Assembly: GCA_051294905.1 (NCBI GenBank)
Contig: CM119380.1
Coordinates: 25,916,001-25,980,000, forward strand
Reading direction: 5' to 3'
Length of the DNA stretch: 64,000 nt
Source: Botryllus schlosseri
Taxonomy: Eukaryota
Part shown: positions 61,301 through 64,000 of the stretch, piece by piece
Layout: each line of letters begins with the position of its first letter
Numbering within the stretch: position 1 is the first letter of the stretch
Program-made: the position numbers and the translations under genes
Notes under the pieces: generated by a model
What the model was told of the DNA's origin: nothing
Databases searched by the model: none
Seen by the model: only the letters and a program-made list of their open reading frames with translations

Positions 61301-63969
61301 CTTTCCAAGTAGGCCTTATTTGGCAGGAGTTTATTGTCCTATTGAAAGCGAGCCGATCTCGCAGGCTGAAAGTAAACACACATCGTCAAAATTTGATTTA
61401 CTCTTGTATCAATTTAGACCTGGCACGAAAAGAATCATCGGATTTATAACTATTTGGATAGAATTTTTCTTGTACTTGATAGGCTCTATATTAGGGTAGA
61501 GTGGGGTAAAACACCCCATGTAAGGTAAGACGCCCACCATCGCTGTTACCAAACAAAGTGAGTGTTGAATGAGTCACAATAGCCTAACGAATGCCTAATG
61601 GTCAGACTGAGCTGTCACCTTAATTTCTGAAGCTGAAAGGAGACTTGGTGAGTTTTACGATAATATATTACTTTTTGACTTGTTTCTTACAAAAATAACC
61701 GTAATATAGCTAGGTGAAACGTAACTATTGAGGTCGCGGAATGAAAGTTTCTTATTTTATTTAGGATCCTACTATGTTCGATGTGATTTTAGTGCAATTT
61801 CATCGTCAGATACACAAAATAACCACCTTGTTAGTGTTTCGAAAATAATGGCGTCCTCGTGGCTAAAACGCGGGGCGCGTGTTTGAGACCTCTGATGTAT
61901 CCCATGTGAGTTGTTGGCGGGTAAAGTTGTTATCGTTGTGTGATTTTGCCAATATGCTCCTTGTGGTACCAAATCTAACTACACTAATAACACCTGTACA
62001 GACAAACAGAAGTCCGACAATGAGTCGATACAAAGCTTCGCTGTATGCAAATTAATGTACACCGACACTCCCCTACAACGGAACTGTTTTGTCTGGACGG
62101 GGTGGTCACGATTCGTTTCCGGCGCAGATTTCATCAGTTTTGGTTAAACCCGGACTGGATGCGTCCAAGTGAGAGTCGGATTTATGCTACATTTTACCCA
62201 GCCTAATATATGGAGAAACCAGGAATTTACGTGTCAGTCGGATTTTTTGGACTTTGATTTTGCAATCCTATAGTCGCAGTGGATTCCGATTTCGAAATCT
62301 CCCACTCATCCTCACCGAAAGGAGGCTATAGATCGCATCACATATGATCTGTCACAATTCATCCCCATTATTGCACCACCGAGCGCGTTTCAGCCAAATA
62401 AGACAGTCCACTGATCCCCGATGAAGCGAGCTACCCCGATTCGTCACTGTACAATTGAATCTGACATCGCACTCGCAGTTACCGAGTTCGAACGAGAAAT
62501 GCGAGGCTAAAAGGGGTGACACAGCAATTCTCTGACGGTAACAATCCCCCGAATCAATATACCCGTATTATGATGCCGCAAATATGCTTGGAGGTATTGG
62601 CATAACATGTGTTGAGGATATATTTACGACACATACGCGAATACAACTGACTGTCTGCAGCGAAATTTGTTGACTTCGAGCGACAGTGCGTGGCTGCCGA
62701 AGCAATAGTTCCTTAGTATGATATTGTAAACACGCGTGGAGGCGTTGGCATAACAAGTGTTGAGGATATGTTACGGTACACGCGAACACAACTGATTGTC
62801 TATAGCGAAATGAGTCGCTCTCGAACGACAAGTGCGTGGTGAGCTCGTGATCGATCGTACAGACGGGTAAAGCATCAGTTCGACAACTGATCGATTCAAG
62901 TTGTATATCATATACAGCATACAAAATTAATATCCCGCGGTAAATTACATATCATTTATAGGCACTGGTATGATTACGCTTGACCGGACGTGAAGCAGTA
63001 AAAAGAACCCATCATAAATACATTGTTCGGATCGGACTGTCTGTCCTAAGACGCTAGAACGCGGTATAGGTATGGAACAGCGACATTTGCCGCTTGCACC
63101 GAATACTAGGTACGTAATACCGGGGGTTAACACGTTGATGCGAGCAAAATTGAGAATCAGCTATTTCTCTAATTACTTATTATATTTTAAATGTTACTTT
63201 ATTTAAGTTAATCTATGTCGGGGGCGCCTAATACCTATTTCTAATACACGACATTCTTTCTGGTTCTCGATATGACTCAAAATGATACACATATTTATAA
63301 CCAGAACAGATCATTTCTCCTTACTATTTAAGTCGACAACAAAGCAAGAGCAAGTACGACAGTATGGAACAGACTACAAGCGTCACAATGCACAGCCGAA
63401 CGTATAGACACCTAAAACACGCACCAGGATCTCACCGATCAGGAGAAAACTTTATTCACGTCACGACCGATAATTATTCCTATGCCCCCCCCCCGTACAT
63501 GAAATCGAGTCAACCGCGAAACGACAAGTCAACCAGGGTGGTTTGACGGGCAATTATTCCTAAAGCCCCGTCACGAAATTGGACCACAAAACGATAGGTC
63601 AGGGCGATTTGTCGGCAGGCAACTATTACCAAGCCCCGTCGCGTACGACCGAAGTCAGCTCTAGTTTCGTGTCCTTGTCCAGAGGTCGAGCGAGACAGAT
63701 TAAATCAGGAGGCGAGTGGAAAAGTACAAGTAGAATTACTAATCAATAAGTTTCATGTCTGGCCAGAGTACAAAGGTCAATCGAGATTCTTTGTTCTTTT
63801 TCTCTCTAGCGTTAATTATTCCCCCTTTTTGATTGCCGCACACAGGGTCATAAAAGTATTGCTGCAAAAATGAGAATCGGGTAATTCTTTATTTGTTTAT
63901 TATACTGATAATCTTTGTTTGTTTATTATAAATCGCGAATGAGGGGATTCCGCCCATTTATATACTACT
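49367..63969. mobile_element. 14.6-kb palindromic non-autonomous element with Polinton/Maverick-type ends
   Basis: Termini AGTAGTATATAAAT...ATTTATATACTACT. 6-bp TSD ACTTAA at 49361-49366 and 63970-63975. Arms 49367-56649 and 56699-63969 are reverse complements. Longest ORF is 134 aa with no recognisable domain. The palindrome and TSD are directly seen; the Polinton assignment is inferred from end and TSD type. Confidence 0.85.
56650..56698. other. 49-bp spacer / imperfect hairpin at the palindrome centre
   Basis: Perfect symmetry stops at 56649/56699. The next 10 bp pair 8/10, leaving a 29-nt loop at 56660-56688. Confidence 0.9.
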
Positions 63970-64000
63970 ACTTAACGATGGACGATTACCCTCCTTGCAT

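Noticed and set aside
49672-63546. Mirror-image ORFs of 60-134 aa in both arms as genes
   Set aside because: No recognisable domain or motif. They appear twice only because of the palindrome, and some are broken by arm SNPs or indels.
49367-63969. Palindrome as an assembly or read fold-back artefact
   Set aside because: It has a perfect 6-bp TSD, returns to host MITE sequence matching an empty paralog, has a unique 49-bp spacer, and has at least 22 arm differences. Not formally excluded without reads.
49361-63975. piggyBac assignment from TTAA in the flanks
   Set aside because: The duplicated sequence is 6 bp (ACTTAA), confirmed by the empty site, and the ends lack the CCC...GGG termini of piggyBac.
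1-64000. Prokaryotic features (operons, defence systems, rRNA)
   Set aside because: There are no long intron-free ORFs, the coding sequence is split by GT-AG introns, and no rRNA-like sequence was recognised.

Overview
Eukaryotic (metazoan) genomic DNA: AT-rich, with short GT-AG introns and dense DNA-transposon remnants. The 57-69 bp introns and the LVCQRCSSC motif in the proteases suggest an ascidian/tunicate, which is an inference. Most ORF-track entries are spurious and the real coding content is spliced. (1) The minus strand carries a tandem cluster of at least three paralogous modular S1A serine-protease genes. Gene A (about 36.9 kb to 18.8 kb) has 15 frame-consistent exons: nine phase-1/phase-1 exons each encoding a six-cysteine trefoil-like module (arranged a-b-c-d x2 + e), then R|IIGG and an intact TAAHC/HDIM/GDSGG triad. 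Only the 3' half of gene B (45.8 to 41.5 kb) and the 5' part of gene C (2.9 to 0.8 kb) are in the window. (2) The standout feature is a 14,603-bp element at 49367-63969 that is almost entirely one palindrome: two arms of about 7.3 kb and about 99.7% identity around a 49-bp spacer. It has AGTAGT...ACTACT termini, a perfect 6-bp target-site duplication (ACTTAA) and no substantial ORF, so it carries Polinton/Maverick-type ends on a non-coding fold-back body. A paralogous hAT MITE at 32253-33034 preserves the empty site, which supports a real insertion rather than an assembly fold-back. The spacer holds a degenerate copy of the element's own terminus, suggesting a 7.3-kb monomer was converted to a head-to-head dimer. 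(3) There are many hAT-type MITEs with 8-bp TSDs (several nested), a hAT transposase remnant, a P/Galileo-like fold-back MITE, a tRNA-derived SINE, a LINE 3' fragment and a degenerate minisatellite. All alignments were done by eye.
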